Of a stretch of DNA of 64,000 nt, positions 52,301 to 64,000 are shown piece by piece. The stretch's first letter is position 1, and each line of letters starts with the position of its first letter. The stretch comes from Eledone cirrhosa (taxonomy: Eukaryota), in the NCBI GenBank assembly GCA_964016885.1, contig CAXHJY010000392.1, positions 31,001 through 95,000 of the forward strand, in the 5' to 3' direction. The translations under genes were made by a program, and so were the position numbers. Under the pieces are notes generated by a model that was given only the letters and a program-made list of their open reading frames with translations, ran no database searches and was not told the origin of the DNA.

Positions 52301-55300
52301 TCTACCTTGTCTTCTCCCAAAACTTCGTTCTTCACCAAGCTATCTTTCTCTACCTTGTCTTCCCTCAAAACGTCGTTCTTCACCAAGCTATCTTTCTCTA
52401 CCTTGTCTTCCCTCAAAACATCGTTCTTCACCAAGCTATCTTTCTCTACCTTGTCTTCTCCCAAAACTTCGTTATTCACCAAGCTATCTTTCTCTACCTT
52501 GTCTTCCCCCAAAACTTCGTTCTTCACCAAGCTATCTTTCTCTACCTTGTCTTCCCCCAAAACTTCGTTCTTCACCAAGCTATCTTTCTCTACCTTGTCT
52601 TCCCCCAAAACTTCGTTCTTCACCAAGCTATCTTTCTCTAGCTTGTCTTCACACAAAACTTCGTTCTTCACCAAGCTATCTTTCTCTACCTTGTCTTCCC
52701 ACAAAACGTCATTCTTCACCAAGCTATCTTTCTCTACCTTGTCTTCCGTCGAAATTCGTTCTTCACCAAGATATCTTTCTCTACCTTGTTTTCTCCCAAA
52801 ACTTCGTTCTTCACCAAGCTATCTTTCTCTACCTTGTCTTCCCTCAGAACTTCGTTCTTCACCAAGCTATCTTTCTCTACCTTGTCTTCCCTCAAAACGT
52901 CGTTCTTCACCAAGCTATCTTTCTCTACCTTGTCTTCCCTCAAAACATCGTTCTTCACCAAGCTATCTTTCTCTACCTTGTCTTCTCCCAAAACTTCGTT
53001 CTTCACCAAGCTATCTTTCTCTACCTTGTCTTCTCCCAAAACTTCGTTATTCACCAAGCTATCTTTCTCTACCTTGTCTTCCGTCAAAACTTCGTTCTTC
53101 ACCAAGATATCTTTCTCTACCTTGTCTCCTCCCAAAACTTCGTTCTTCACCAAGCTATCTTTCTCTACCTTGTCTTCCCTCAGAACTTCGTTCTTCACCA
53201 AGCTATCTTTCTCTACCTTGTCTTCCCCCAAAACTTCGTTCTTCACCAAGCTATCTTTCTCTACATTGTCTTCCCCAAAACTTCGTTCTTCACCAAGCTA
53301 TTTTTCACGACCTTGTCTTCCCTCAAAACGTCGTTCTTCACCAAGCTATCTTTCTCTACCTTGTCTTCCCCCAAACTTCGTTCTTCACCAAGCTATCTTT
53401 CTCTACCTTGTCTTCCCCCAAAACTTCGTTCTTCACCAAGCTATCTTTCTCTACCTCGTCTTCCCTCAAAACTTTGTTCTTCACCAAGCTATCTTTCTCT
53501 ACCTTGTCTTCCCCCAAAACTTCGTTCTTCACCAAGCTATCTTTCTCTACCTTGTCTTCCCCCAAAACTTCGTTCTTCACCAAGCTATCTTTCTCTACCT
53601 TGTCTTCCCTCAAAACGTCGTTCTTCACCAAGCTATCGTTCTCTACCTTGTCTTCCCCCAAAACTTCGTTCTTCACCAAGCTATCTTTCTCTACCTTGTC
53701 TTCCCCCAAAACGTCGTTCTTCACCAAGCTATCTTTCTCTACCTTGTCTTCCCCCAAAACTTCGTTCTTCACCAAGCTATCTTTCTCTACCTTGTCTTCC
53801 CCCAAAACTTCGTTCTTCACCAAGCTATCTTTCTCTAGCTTGTCTTCACACAAAACTTCGTTCTTCACCAAGCTATCTTTCTCTACCTTGTCTTCCCACA
53901 AAACGTCATTCTTCACCAAGCTATCTTTCTCTACCTTGTCTTCCGTCGAAATTCGTTCTTCACCAAGATATCTTTCTCTACCTTCTTTTCTCCCAAAACT
54001 TCGTTCTTCACCAAGCTATCTTTCTCTACCTTGTCTTCCCTCAGAACTTCGTTCTTCACCAAGCTATCTTTCTCTACCTTGTCTTCCCTCAAAACTTCGT
54101 TCTTCACCAAGCTATCTTTCTCTACCTTGTCTTCCCCCAAAACTTCGTTCTTCACCAAGCTATCTTTCTCTACCTTGTCTTCCCCCAAAACTTCGTTCTT
54201 CACCAAGCTATCTTTCTCTACCTTGTCTTCCCCCAAAACTTCTTTCTTCACCAAGTCATCTTTCTCTACCTTGTCATCCCTCAAAACTTCGTTCTTCACC
54301 AATCTATCTTTCTCTGCCTTGTCTTCCCCCAAAACTTCGTTCTTCACCAAGCTATCTTTCTCTACCTTGTCTTTACACAAAACTTCGTTCTTCACCAAGC
54401 TATCTTTCTCTACCTTGTCTTCCCACAAAACGTCATTCTTCACCAAGCTATCTTTCTCTACCTTGTCTTCCGTCAAAACTTCGTTCTTCACCAAGATATC
54501 TTTCTCTACCTTGTCTTCTCCCAAAACTTCGTTCTTCACCAAGCTATCTTTCTCTACCTTGTCTTCCCTCAAAACGTCGTTCTTCACCAAGCTATCTTTC
54601 TCTACCTTGTCTTCCCTCAAAACATCGTTCTTCACCAAGCTATCTTTCTCTACCTTGTCTTCTCCCAAAACTTCGTTATTCACCAAGCTATCTTTCTCTA
54701 CCTTGTCTTCCCACAAAACGTCGTTCTTCACCAAGCTATCTTTCTCTACCTTGTCTTCCCTCAGAACTTCGTTCTTGACCAAGCTATCTTTCTCTACCTT
54801 GTCTTCCCTCAAAACGTCGTTCTTCACCAAGCTATCTTTCTCTACCTTGTCTTCCCTCAAAACATCGTTCTTCACCAAGCTATCTTTCTCTACCTTGTCT
54901 TCTCCCAAAACTTCGTTATTCACCAAGCTATCTTTCTCTACCTTGTCTTCCCTCAGAACTTCGTTCTTCACCAAGCTATCTTTCTCTACCTTGTCTTCCC
55001 TCAAAACTTCGTTCTTCACCAAGCTATCTTTCTCTACCTTGTCTTCCCCCAAAACTTCGTTCTTCACCAAGCTATCTTTCTCTACCTTGTCTTCCCCCAA
55101 AACTTCGTTCTTCACCAAGCTATCTTTCTCTACCTTGTCTTCCCCCAAAACTTCTTTCTTCACCAAGTCATCTTTCTCTACCTTGTCATCCCTCAAAACT
55201 TCGTTCTTCACCAATCTATCTTTCTCTGCCTTGTCTTCCCCCAAAACTTCGTTCTTCACCAAGCTATCTTTCTCTACCTTGTCTTTACACAAAACTTCGT

Positions 55301-57960
55301 TCTTCACCAAGCTATCTTTCTCTACCTTGTCTTCCCACAAAACGTCATTCTTCACCAAGCTATCTTTCTCTACCTTGTCTTCCGTCAAAACTTCGTTCTT
55401 CACCAAGATATCTTTCTCTACCTTGTCTTCTCCCAAAACTTCGTTCTTCACCAAGCTATCTTTCTCTACCTTGTCTTCCCTCAAAACGTCGTTCTTCACC
55501 AAGCTATCTTTCTCTACCTTGTCTTCCCTCAAAACATCGTTCTTCACCAAGCTATCTTTCTCTACCTTGTCTTCTCCCAAAACTTCGTTATTCACCAAGC
55601 TATCTTTCTCTACCTTGTCTTCCCCCAAAACTTCGTTCTTCACCAAGCTATCTTTCTCTACCTTGTCTTCCCCCAAAACTTCGTTCTTCACCAAGCTATC
55701 TTTCTCTACCTTGTCTTCCCCCAAAACTTCGTTCTTCACCAAGCTATCTTTCTCTACCTTGTCTTCCGTCGAAATTCGTTCTTCACCAAGATATCTTTCT
55801 CTACCTTGTTTTCTCCCAAAACTTCGTTCTTCACCAAGCTATCTTTCTCTACCTTGTCTTCCCTCAGAACTTCGTTCTTCACCAAGCTATCTTTCTCTAC
55901 CTTGTCTTCCCTCAAAACGTCGTTCTTCACCAAGCTATCTTTCTCTACCTTGTCTTCCCTCAAAACATCGTTCTTCACCAAGCTATCTTTCTCTACCTTG
56001 TCTTCTCCCAAAACTTCGTTCTTCACCAAGCTATCTTTCTCTACCTTGTCTTCTCCCAAAACTTCGTTATTCACCAAGCTATCTTTCTCTACCTTGTCTT
56101 CCGTCAAAACTTCGTTCTTCACCAAGATATCTTTCTCTACCTTGTCTCCTCCCAAAACTTCGTTCTTCACCAAGCTATCTTTCTCTACCTTGTCTTCCCT
56201 CAGAACTTCGTTCTTCACCAAGCTATCTTTCTCTACCTTGTCTTCCCCCAAAACTTCGTTCTTCACCAAGCTATCTTTCTCTACATTGTCTTCCCCAAAA
56301 CTTCGTTCTTCACCAAGCTATTTTTCACGACCTTGTCTTCCCTCAAAACGTCGTTCTTCACCAAGCTATCTTTCTCTACCTTGTCTTCCCCCAAACTTCG
56401 TTCTTCACCAAGCTATCTTTCTCTACCTTGTCTTCCCCCAAAACTTCGTTCTTCACCAAGCTATCTTTCTCTACCTCGTCTTCCCTCAAAACTTTGTTCT
56501 TCACCAAGCTATCTTTCTCTACCTTGTCTTCCCCCAAAACTTCGTTCTTCACCAAGCTATCTTTCTCTACCTTGTCTTCCCCCAAAACTTCGTTCTTCAC
56601 CAAGCTATCTTTCTCTACCTTGTCTTCCCTCAAAACGTCGTTCTTCACCAAGCTATCGTTCTCTACCTTGTCTTCCCCCAAAACTTCGTTCTTCACCAAG
56701 CTATCTTTCTCTACCTTGTCTTCCCCCAAAACGTCGTTCTTCACCAAGCTATCTTTCTCTACCTTGTCTTCCCCCAAAACTTCGTTCTTCACCAAGCTAT
56801 CTTTCTCTACCTTGTCTTCCCCCAAAACTTCGTTCTTCACCAAGCTATCTTTCTCTAGCTTGTCTTCACACAAAACTTCGTTCTTCACCAAGCTATCTTT
56901 CTCTACCTTGTCTTCCCACAAAACGTCATTCTTCACCAAGCTATCTTTCTCTACCTTGTCTTCCGTCGAAATTCGTTCTTCACCAAGATATCTTTCTCTA
57001 CCTTCTTTTCTCCCAAAACTTCGTTCTTCACCAAGCTATCTTTCTCTACCTTGTCTTCCCTCAGAACTTCGTTCTTCACCAAGCTATCTTTCTCTACCTT
57101 GTCTTCCCTCAAAACTTCGTTCTTCACCAAGCTATCTTTCTCTACCTTGTCTTCCCCCAAAACTTCGTTCTTCACCAAGCTATCTTTCTCTACCTTGTCT
57201 TCCCCCAAAACTTCGTTCTTCACCAAGCTATCTTTCTCTACCTTGTCTTCCCCCAAAACTTCTTTCTTCACCAAGTCATCTTTCTCTACCTTGTCATCCC
57301 TCAAAACTTCGTTCTTCACCAATCTATCTTTCTCTGCCTTGTCTTCCCCCAAAACTTCGTTCTTCACCAAGCTATCTTTCTCTACCTTGTCTTTACACAA
57401 AACTTCGTTCTTCACCAAGCTATCTTTCTCTACCTTGTCTTCCCACAAAACGTCATTCTTCACCAAGCTATCTTTCTCTACCTTGTCTTCCGTCAAAACT
57501 TCGTTCTTCACCAAGATATCTTTCTCTACCTTGTCTTCTCCCAAAACTTCGTTCTTCACCAAGCTATCTTTCTCTACCTTGTCTTCCCTCAAAACGTCGT
57601 TCTTCACCAAGCTATCTTTCTCTACCTTGTCTTCCCTCAAAACATCGTTCTTCACCAAGCTATCTTTCTCTACCTTGTCTTCTCCCAAAACTTCGTTATT
57701 CACCAAGCTATCTTTCTCTACCTTGTCTTCCCACAAAACGTCGTTCTTCACCAAGCTATCTTTCTCTACCTTGTCTTCCCTCAGAACTTCGTTCTTCACC
57801 AAGCTATCTTTCTCTACCTTGTCTTCCCTCAAAACGTCGTTCTTCACCAAGCTATCTTTCTCTACCTTGTCTTCCCTCAAAACATCGTTCTTCACCAAGC
57901 TATCTTTCTCTACCTTGTCTTCTCCCAAAACTTCGTTATTCACCAAGCTATCTTTCTCTA
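49400..57960. repeat. Iterated higher-order repeat: 2,204-bp (46-monomer) unit in ~3.5 copies, third copy expanded to 3,020 bp
   Basis: Equivalent ORF ends fall at 49523/51727/53931/56951, 50530/52734/55754 and 51152/53356/56376 (offsets 2,204, 2,204 and 3,020). Markers are GTCGAAATTCG, CCTTCTTTTCTCCC and TCTTTACACA. A related single copy lies at ~33,500-35,550 (offset 16,013). Confidence 0.92.
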
Positions 57961-58189
57961 CCTTGTCTTCCCTCAAAACTTCGTTCTTCACCAAGCTATA
58001 TTTCTCTACCTTGTCTTCCCCCAAAACTTCGTTCTTCACCAAGCTATCTTTCTCTACCTTGTCTTCCCCCAAAACTTCTTTCTTCACCAAGTCATCTTTC
58101 TCTACCTTGTCATCCCTCAAAACTTCGTTCTTCACCAATCTATCTTTCTCTGCCTTGTCTTCCCCCAAAACGTCGTTCTTCACCAAGCT

Positions 58190-61100
58190 ATCTTTCTCTA
58201 CCTTGTCTTCCGTCAAAACTTCGTTCTTCACCAAGATATCTTTCTCTACCTTGTCTTCTCCCAAAACTTCGTTCTTCACCAAGCTATCTTTCTCTACCTT
58301 GTCTCCCCTCAGAACTTCGTTCTTCACCAAGCTATCTTTCTCTACCTTGTCTTCCCCCAAAACTTCGTTCTTCACCAATCTATCTTTCTCTACATTGTCT
58401 TCCCCAAAACTTCGTTCTTCACCAAGCTATCTTTCTCTACCTTGTCTTTCATCAAAACGTCGTTCTTCACCAAGCTCTCTTTCTCTACCTTGTCTTCCCC
58501 CAAAACTTCGTTCTTCACCAAGCTATCTTTCTCTACCTTGTCTTCCCCCAAAACTTCGTTCTTCACCAAGCTATCTTTCTCTACCTTGTCTTCACACAAA
58601 ACTTCGTTCTTCACCAAGCTATCTTTCTCTACCTTGTCTTCCCACAAAACGTCATTCTTCACCAAGCTATCTTTCTCTACCTTGTCTTCCGTCAAAACTT
58701 CGTTCTTCACCAAGATATCTTTCTCTACCTTGTCTTCTCCCAAAACTTCGTTCTTCACCAAGCTATCTTTCTCTACCTTGTCTCCCCTCAGAACTTCGTT
58801 CTTCACCAAGCTATCTTTCTCTACCTTGTCTTCCCCCAAAACTTCGTTCTTCACCAAGCTATCTTTCTCTACATTGTCTTCCCCAAAACTTCGTTCTTCA
58901 CCAAGCTATCTTTCTCTACCTTGTCTTTCATCAAAACGTCGTTCTTCACCAAGCTCTCTTTCTCTACCTTGTCTTCCCCCAAAACTTCGTTCTTCACCAA
59001 GCTATCTTTCTCTACCTTGTCTTCCCCCAAAACTTCGTTCTTCACCAAGCTATCTTTCTCTACCTTGTCTTCCCACAAAACGTCGTTCTTCACCAAGCTA
59101 TCTTTCTCTACCTTGTCTTCCCTCAAAACGTCGTTCTTCACCAAGCTATCTTTCTCTACCTTGTCTTCCCTCAAAACATCGTTCTTCACCAAGCTATCTT
59201 TCTCTACCTTGTCTTCCCTCAAAACTTCGTTCTTCACCAAGCTATCTTTCTCTACCTTGTCTTCCCCCAAAACTTCGTTCTTCACCAAGCTATCTTTCTC
59301 TACATTGTCTTCTCCCAAAACTTCGTTATTCACCAAGCTATCTTTCTCTACCTTGTCTTCCCTCAAAACTTCGTTCTTCACCAAGCTATCTTTCTCTACC
59401 TTGTCTTCCCCCAAAACTTCGTTCTTCACCAAGTCATCTTTCTCTACCTTGTCATCCATCAACACTTTGTTCTTCACCAATCTATCTTTCTCTACCTTGT
59501 CTTCCCCCAAAACTTCGTTCTTCACCAAGCTATCTTTCTCTAGCTTGTCTTCACACAAAACTTCGTTCTTCACCAAGCTATCTTTCTCTAGCTTGTCTTC
59601 ACACAAAACTTCGTTCTTCACCAAGCTATCTTTCTCTACCTTGTCTTCCCACAAAACGTCATTCTTCACCAAGCTATCTTTCTCTACCTTGTCTTCCGTC
59701 AAAACTTCGTTCTTCACCAAGATATCTTTCTCTACCTTGTCTTCTCCCAAAACTTCGTTCTTCACCAAGCTATCTTTCTCTACCTTGTCTTCCCTCAAAA
59801 CGTCGTTCTTCACCAAGCTATCTTTCTCTACCTTGTCTTCCCTCAAAACATCGTTCTTCACCAAGCTATCTTTCTCTACCTTGTCTTCTCCCAAAACTTC
59901 GTTATTCACCAAGCTATCTTTCTCTACCTTGTCTTCCCTCAAAACTTCGTTCTTCACCAAGCTATCTTTCTCTACCTTGTCTTCCCCCAAAACTTCGTTC
60001 TTCACCAAGCTATCCTTCTCTACCTTGTCTTCCCCCAAAACTTCGTTCTTCACCAAGCTATCTTTCTCTAGCTTGTCTTCACACAAAACTTCGTTCTTCA
60101 CCAAGCTATCTTTCTCTACCTTGTCTTCCCACAAAACGTCATTCTTCACCAAGCTATCTTTCTCTACCTTGTCTTCCGTCGAAATTCGTTCTTCACCAAG
60201 ATACCTTTCTCTACCTTGTTTTCTCCCAAAACTTCGTTCTTCACCAAGCTATCTTACTCTACCTTGTCTTCCCTCAGAACTTCGTTCTTCACCAAGCTAT
60301 CTTTCTCTACCTTGTCTTCCCTCAAAACGTCGTTCTTCACCAAGCTATCTTTCTCTACCTTGTCTTCCCTCAAAACATCGTTCTTCACCAAGCTATCTTT
60401 CTCTACCTTGTCTTCTCCCAAAACTTCGTTATTCACCAAGCTATCTTTCTCTACCTTGTCTTCCCTCAAAACTTCGTTCTTCACCAAGCTATCTTTCTCT
60501 ACCTTGTTTTCCCCCAAAACTTCGTTCTTCACCAAGCTATCTTTCTCTACCTTGTCTTCCCCCAAAACTTCGTTCTTCACCAAGCTATCTTTCTCTACCT
60601 TGTCTTCCCCCAAAACTTCTTTCTTCACCAAGTCATCTTTCTCTACCTTGTCATCCCTCAAAGCTTCGTTCTTCACCAATCTATCTTTCTCTGCCTTGTC
60701 TTCCCCCAAAACTTCGTTCTTCACCAAGCTATCTTTCTCTACCTTGTCTTCACACAAAACTTCGTTCTTGACCAAGCTATCTTTCTCTACCTTGTCTTCC
60801 CACAAAACGTCATTCTTCACCAAGCTATCTTTCTCTACCTTGTCTTCCGTCAAAACTTCGTTCTTCACCAAGATATCTTTCTCTACCTTGTCTTCTCCCA
60901 AAACTTCGTTCTTCACCAAGCTATCTTTCTCTACCTTGTCTTCCCTCAGAACTTCGTTCTTCACCAAGCTATCTTTCTCTACCTTGTCTTCCCCCAAAAC
61001 TTCGTTCTTCACCAAGCTATCTTTCTCTACATTGTCTTCCCCAAAACTTCGTTCTTCACCAAGCTATCTTTCTCTACCTTGTCTTTCATCAAAACGTCGT

Positions 61101-63220
61101 TCTTCACCAAGCTCTCTTTCTCTACCTTGTCTTCCCCCAAAACTTCGTTCTTCACCAAGCTATCTTTCTCTACCTTGTCTTCCCCCAAAACTTCGTTCTT
61201 CACCAAGCTATCTTTCTCTACCTTGTCTTCCCACAAAACGTCGTTCTTCACCAAGCTATCTTTCTCTACCTTGTCTTCCCTCAAAACGTCGTTCTTCACC
61301 AAGCTATCTTTCTCTACCTTGTCTTCCCTCAAAACATCGTTCTTCACCAAGCTATCTTTCTCTACCTTGTCTTCCCTCAAAACTTCGTTCTTCACCAAGC
61401 TATCTTTCTCTACCTTGTCTTCCCCCAAAACTTCGTTCTTCACCAAGCTATCTTTCTCTACATTGTCTTCTCCCAAAACTTCGTTATTCACCAAGCTATC
61501 TTTCTCTACCTTGTCTTCCCTCAAAACTTCGTTCTTCACCAAGCTATCTTTCTCTACCTTGTCTTCCCCCAAAACTTCGTTCTTCTCCAAGTCATCTTTC
61601 TCTACCTTGTCATCCATCAACACTTTGTTCTTCACCAATCTATCTTTCTCTACCTTGTCTTCCCCCAAAACTTCGTTCTTCACCAAGCTATCTTTCTCTA
61701 GCTTGTCTTCACACAAAACCTCGTTCTTCACCAAGCTATCTTTCTCTACCTTGTCTTCCCACAAAACGTCATTCTTCACCAAGCTATCTTTCTCTAACTT
61801 GTCTTCCCTCAAAACGTCGTTCTTCACCAAGCTATCTTTCTCTACCTTGTCTTCCCCCAAAACTTCGTTCTTCACCAAGCTATCTTTCTCTACCTTGTCT
61901 TCCCCCAAAACTTCGTTCTTCGCAAGCTATCTTTCTCTACCTTGTCTTCCCCCAAAACTTCTTTCTTCACCAAGTCATCTTTCTCTACCTTGTCATCCCT
62001 CAAAACTTCGTTCTTCACCAATCTATCTTTCTCTGCCTTGTCTTCCCCCAAAACTTCGTTCTTCACCAAGCTATCTTTCTCTACCTTGTCTTCACACAAA
62101 ACTTCGTTCTTCACCAAGCTATCTTTCTCTACCTTGTCTTCCCACAAAACGTCATTCTTCACCAAGCTATCTTTCTCTACCTTGTCTTCCGTCAAAACTT
62201 CGTTCTTCACCAAGATATCTTTCTCTACCTTGTCTTCTCCCAAAACTTCGTTCTTCACCAAGCTATCTTTCTCTACCTTGTCTTCCCTCAGAACTTCGTT
62301 CTTCACCAAGCTATCTTTCTCTACCTTGTCTTCCCCCAAAACTTCGTTCTTCACCAAGCTATCTTTCTCTACATTGTCTTCCCCAAAACTTCGTTGTTCA
62401 CCAAGCTATCTTTCTCTACCTTGTCTTTCATCAAAACGTCGTTCTTCACCAAGCTCTCTTTCTCTACCTTGTCTTCCCCCAAAACTTCGTTCTTCACCAA
62501 GCTATCTTTCTCTACCTTGTCTTCCCCCAAAACTTCGTTCTTCACCAAGCTATCTTTCTCTACCTTGTCTTCCCACAAAACGTCGTTCTTCACCAAGCTA
62601 TCTTTCTCTACCTTGTCTTCCCTCAAAACGTCGTTCTTCACCAAGCTATCTTTCTCTACCTTGTCTTCCCTCAAAACATCGTTCTTCACCAACCTATCTT
62701 TCTCTACCTTGTCTTCCCTCAAAACTTCGTTCTTCACCAAGCTATCTTTCTCTACCTTGTCTTCCCCCAAAACTTCGTTCTTCACCAAGCTATCTTTCTC
62801 TACATTGTCTTCTCCCAAAACTTCGTTATTCACCAAGCTATCTTTCTCTACCTTGTCTTCCCTCAAAACTTCGTTCTTCACCAAGCTATCTTTCTCTACC
62901 TTGTCTTCCCCCAAAACTTCGTTCTTCACCAAGTCATCTTTCTCTACCTTGTCATCCATCAAAACTTTGTTCTTCACCAATCTATCTTTCTCTACCTTGT
63001 CTTCCCCCAAAACTTCGTTCTTCACCAAGCTATCTTTCTCTAGCTTGTCTTCACACAAAACTTCGTTCTTCACCAAGCTATCTTTCTCTACCTTGTCTTC
63101 CCACAAAACGTCATTCTTCACCAAGCTATCTTTCTCTAACTTGTCTTCCCTCAAAACGTCGTTCTTCACCAAGCTATCTTTCTCTACCTTGTCTTCCCCC
63201 AAAACTTCGTTCTTCACCAA
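58190..63220. repeat. Right-end duplication cluster with offsets 479, 2,158 and 1,342 bp
   Basis: ORF ends fall at 58390/58869/61027/62369. Private variants are GTCTCCCCTCAGA (~58,301/~58,780), TCATCCATC (~59,452/~61,610/~62,952) and ACATTGTCTTCTCCC (~59,302/~61,460/~62,802). Confidence 0.85.
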
Positions 63221-64000
63221 GCTATCTTTCTCTACCTTGTCTTCCCACAAAACGTCGTTCTTCACCAAGCTATCTTTCTCTACCTTGTCTTCCCTCAAAA
63301 CGTCGTTCTTCACCAAGCTATCTTTCTCTACCTTGTCTTCCCTCAAAACATCGTTCTTCACCAAGCTATCTTTCTCTACCTTGTCTTCTCCCAAAACTTC
63401 GTTATTCACCAAGCTATCTTTCTCTACCTTGTCTTCCCTCAAAACTTCGTTCTTCACCAAGCTATCTTTCTCTACCTTGTCTTCCCCCAAAACTTCGTTC
63501 TTCACCAAGCTATCTTTCTCTACCTTGTCTTCCCCCAAAACTTCGTTCTTCACCAAGCTATCTTTCTCTAGCTTGTCTTCACACAAAACTTCATTCTTCA
63601 CCAAGCTATCTTTCTCTACCTTGTCTTCCCACAAAACGTCATTCTTCACCAAGCTATCTTTCTCTACCTTGACTTCCGTCGAAACTTCGTTCTTCACCAA
63701 GATATCTTTCTCTACCTTGTTTTCTCCCAAAACTTCGTTCTTCACCAAGCTATCTTTCTCTACCTTGTCTTCCCTCAGAACTTCGTTCTTCACCAAGCTA
63801 TCTTTCTCTACCTTGTCTTCCCTCAAAACGTCGTTCTTCACCAAGCTATCTTTCTCTACCTTGTCTTCCCCCAAAACTTCGTTCTTCACCAAGCTATCTT
63901 TCTCTACCTTGTCTTCCCCCAAAACTTCTTTCTTCACCAAGTCATCTTTCTCTACCTTGTCATCCCTCAAAACTTCGTTATTCACCAAGCTATCTTTCTC

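Larger units (their letters stand above)
1..64000. repeat. 48-bp satellite DNA tandem array (~1,330 monomers, single orientation), extending past both window edges
   Basis: Every line is a permutation of AAAACTTCGTTCTTCACCAAGCTATCTTTCTCTACCTTGTCTTCCCCC, mostly with 0-3 substitutions per copy and occasional 47-bp copies. All translated ORFs show a 16-aa period (KTSFFTKLSFSTLSSP, KLRSSPSYLSLPCLPP, QNFVLHQAIFLYLVFP; minus strand EDKVEKDSLVKNEVLG). Confidence 0.99.

Noticed and set aside
14-63672. Very long + strand ORFs (up to 2,411 aa; S/F/T/K-, P/L/S- or F/L/V-rich repeats)
   Set aside because: All three + frames of the monomer are stop-free. The ORFs overlap each other, mostly start at TTG, cycle through all three peptides at 47-bp monomers and have no unique domain. 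They are artefacts of the repeat.
296-63988. Minus-strand E/K/D/V-rich ORFs as a giant repeat-protein gene
   Set aside because: They are broken every 0.1-2 kb by inherited frameshifts plus a few stops, and there is no non-repetitive N- or C-terminus in the window. Kept only as a hypothesis about origin.
1-64000. CRISPR array (conserved quasi-palindromic core plus a variable segment)
   Set aside because: The variable segment is only point variants of one sequence, not unique spacers. No leader or cas genes are present.
1-64000. Telomerase-type telomeric repeat
   Set aside because: There is no TTAGGG/TTTAGGG-like unit. The 48-bp length and substitutions inherited in kb-scale blocks indicate recombinational rather than templated synthesis.
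1-64000. Embedded transposon, RNA gene, inversion or unique island
   Set aside because: None was seen on reading through, and every ORF translation stays within the four repeat peptides. A very short insertion could have been missed by eye.

Overview
The whole 64-kb window is one uninterrupted head-to-tail tandem array of a 48-bp monomer, about 1,330 copies in a single orientation. The consensus is AAAACTTCGTTCTTCACCAAGCTATCTTTCTCTACCTTGTCTTCCCCC (75% pyrimidine on the + strand, about 44% GC). I see no unique sequence, transposon insertion, RNA gene or credible protein-coding gene. The long ORFs arise because 48 is divisible by 3 and four of the six frames of the monomer are stop-free. They switch frame at recurrent 47-bp monomers. 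The information lies in the pattern of monomer variants, which shows nested higher-order duplications (periods of about 286, 432, 479, 718/720, 1342, 1439, 1631, 2204, 2398, 2683, 3307, 3836 and 5988 bp), dispersed re-copies 7-16 kb apart, and left-to-right turnover of diagnostic variants. This architecture is typical of a eukaryotic satellite (centromeric, pericentromeric or subtelomeric) growing by block duplication. I do not recognise the family or organism. I found no evidence for a new gene system. Block boundaries were read by eye and are accurate to about 1-2 monomers.
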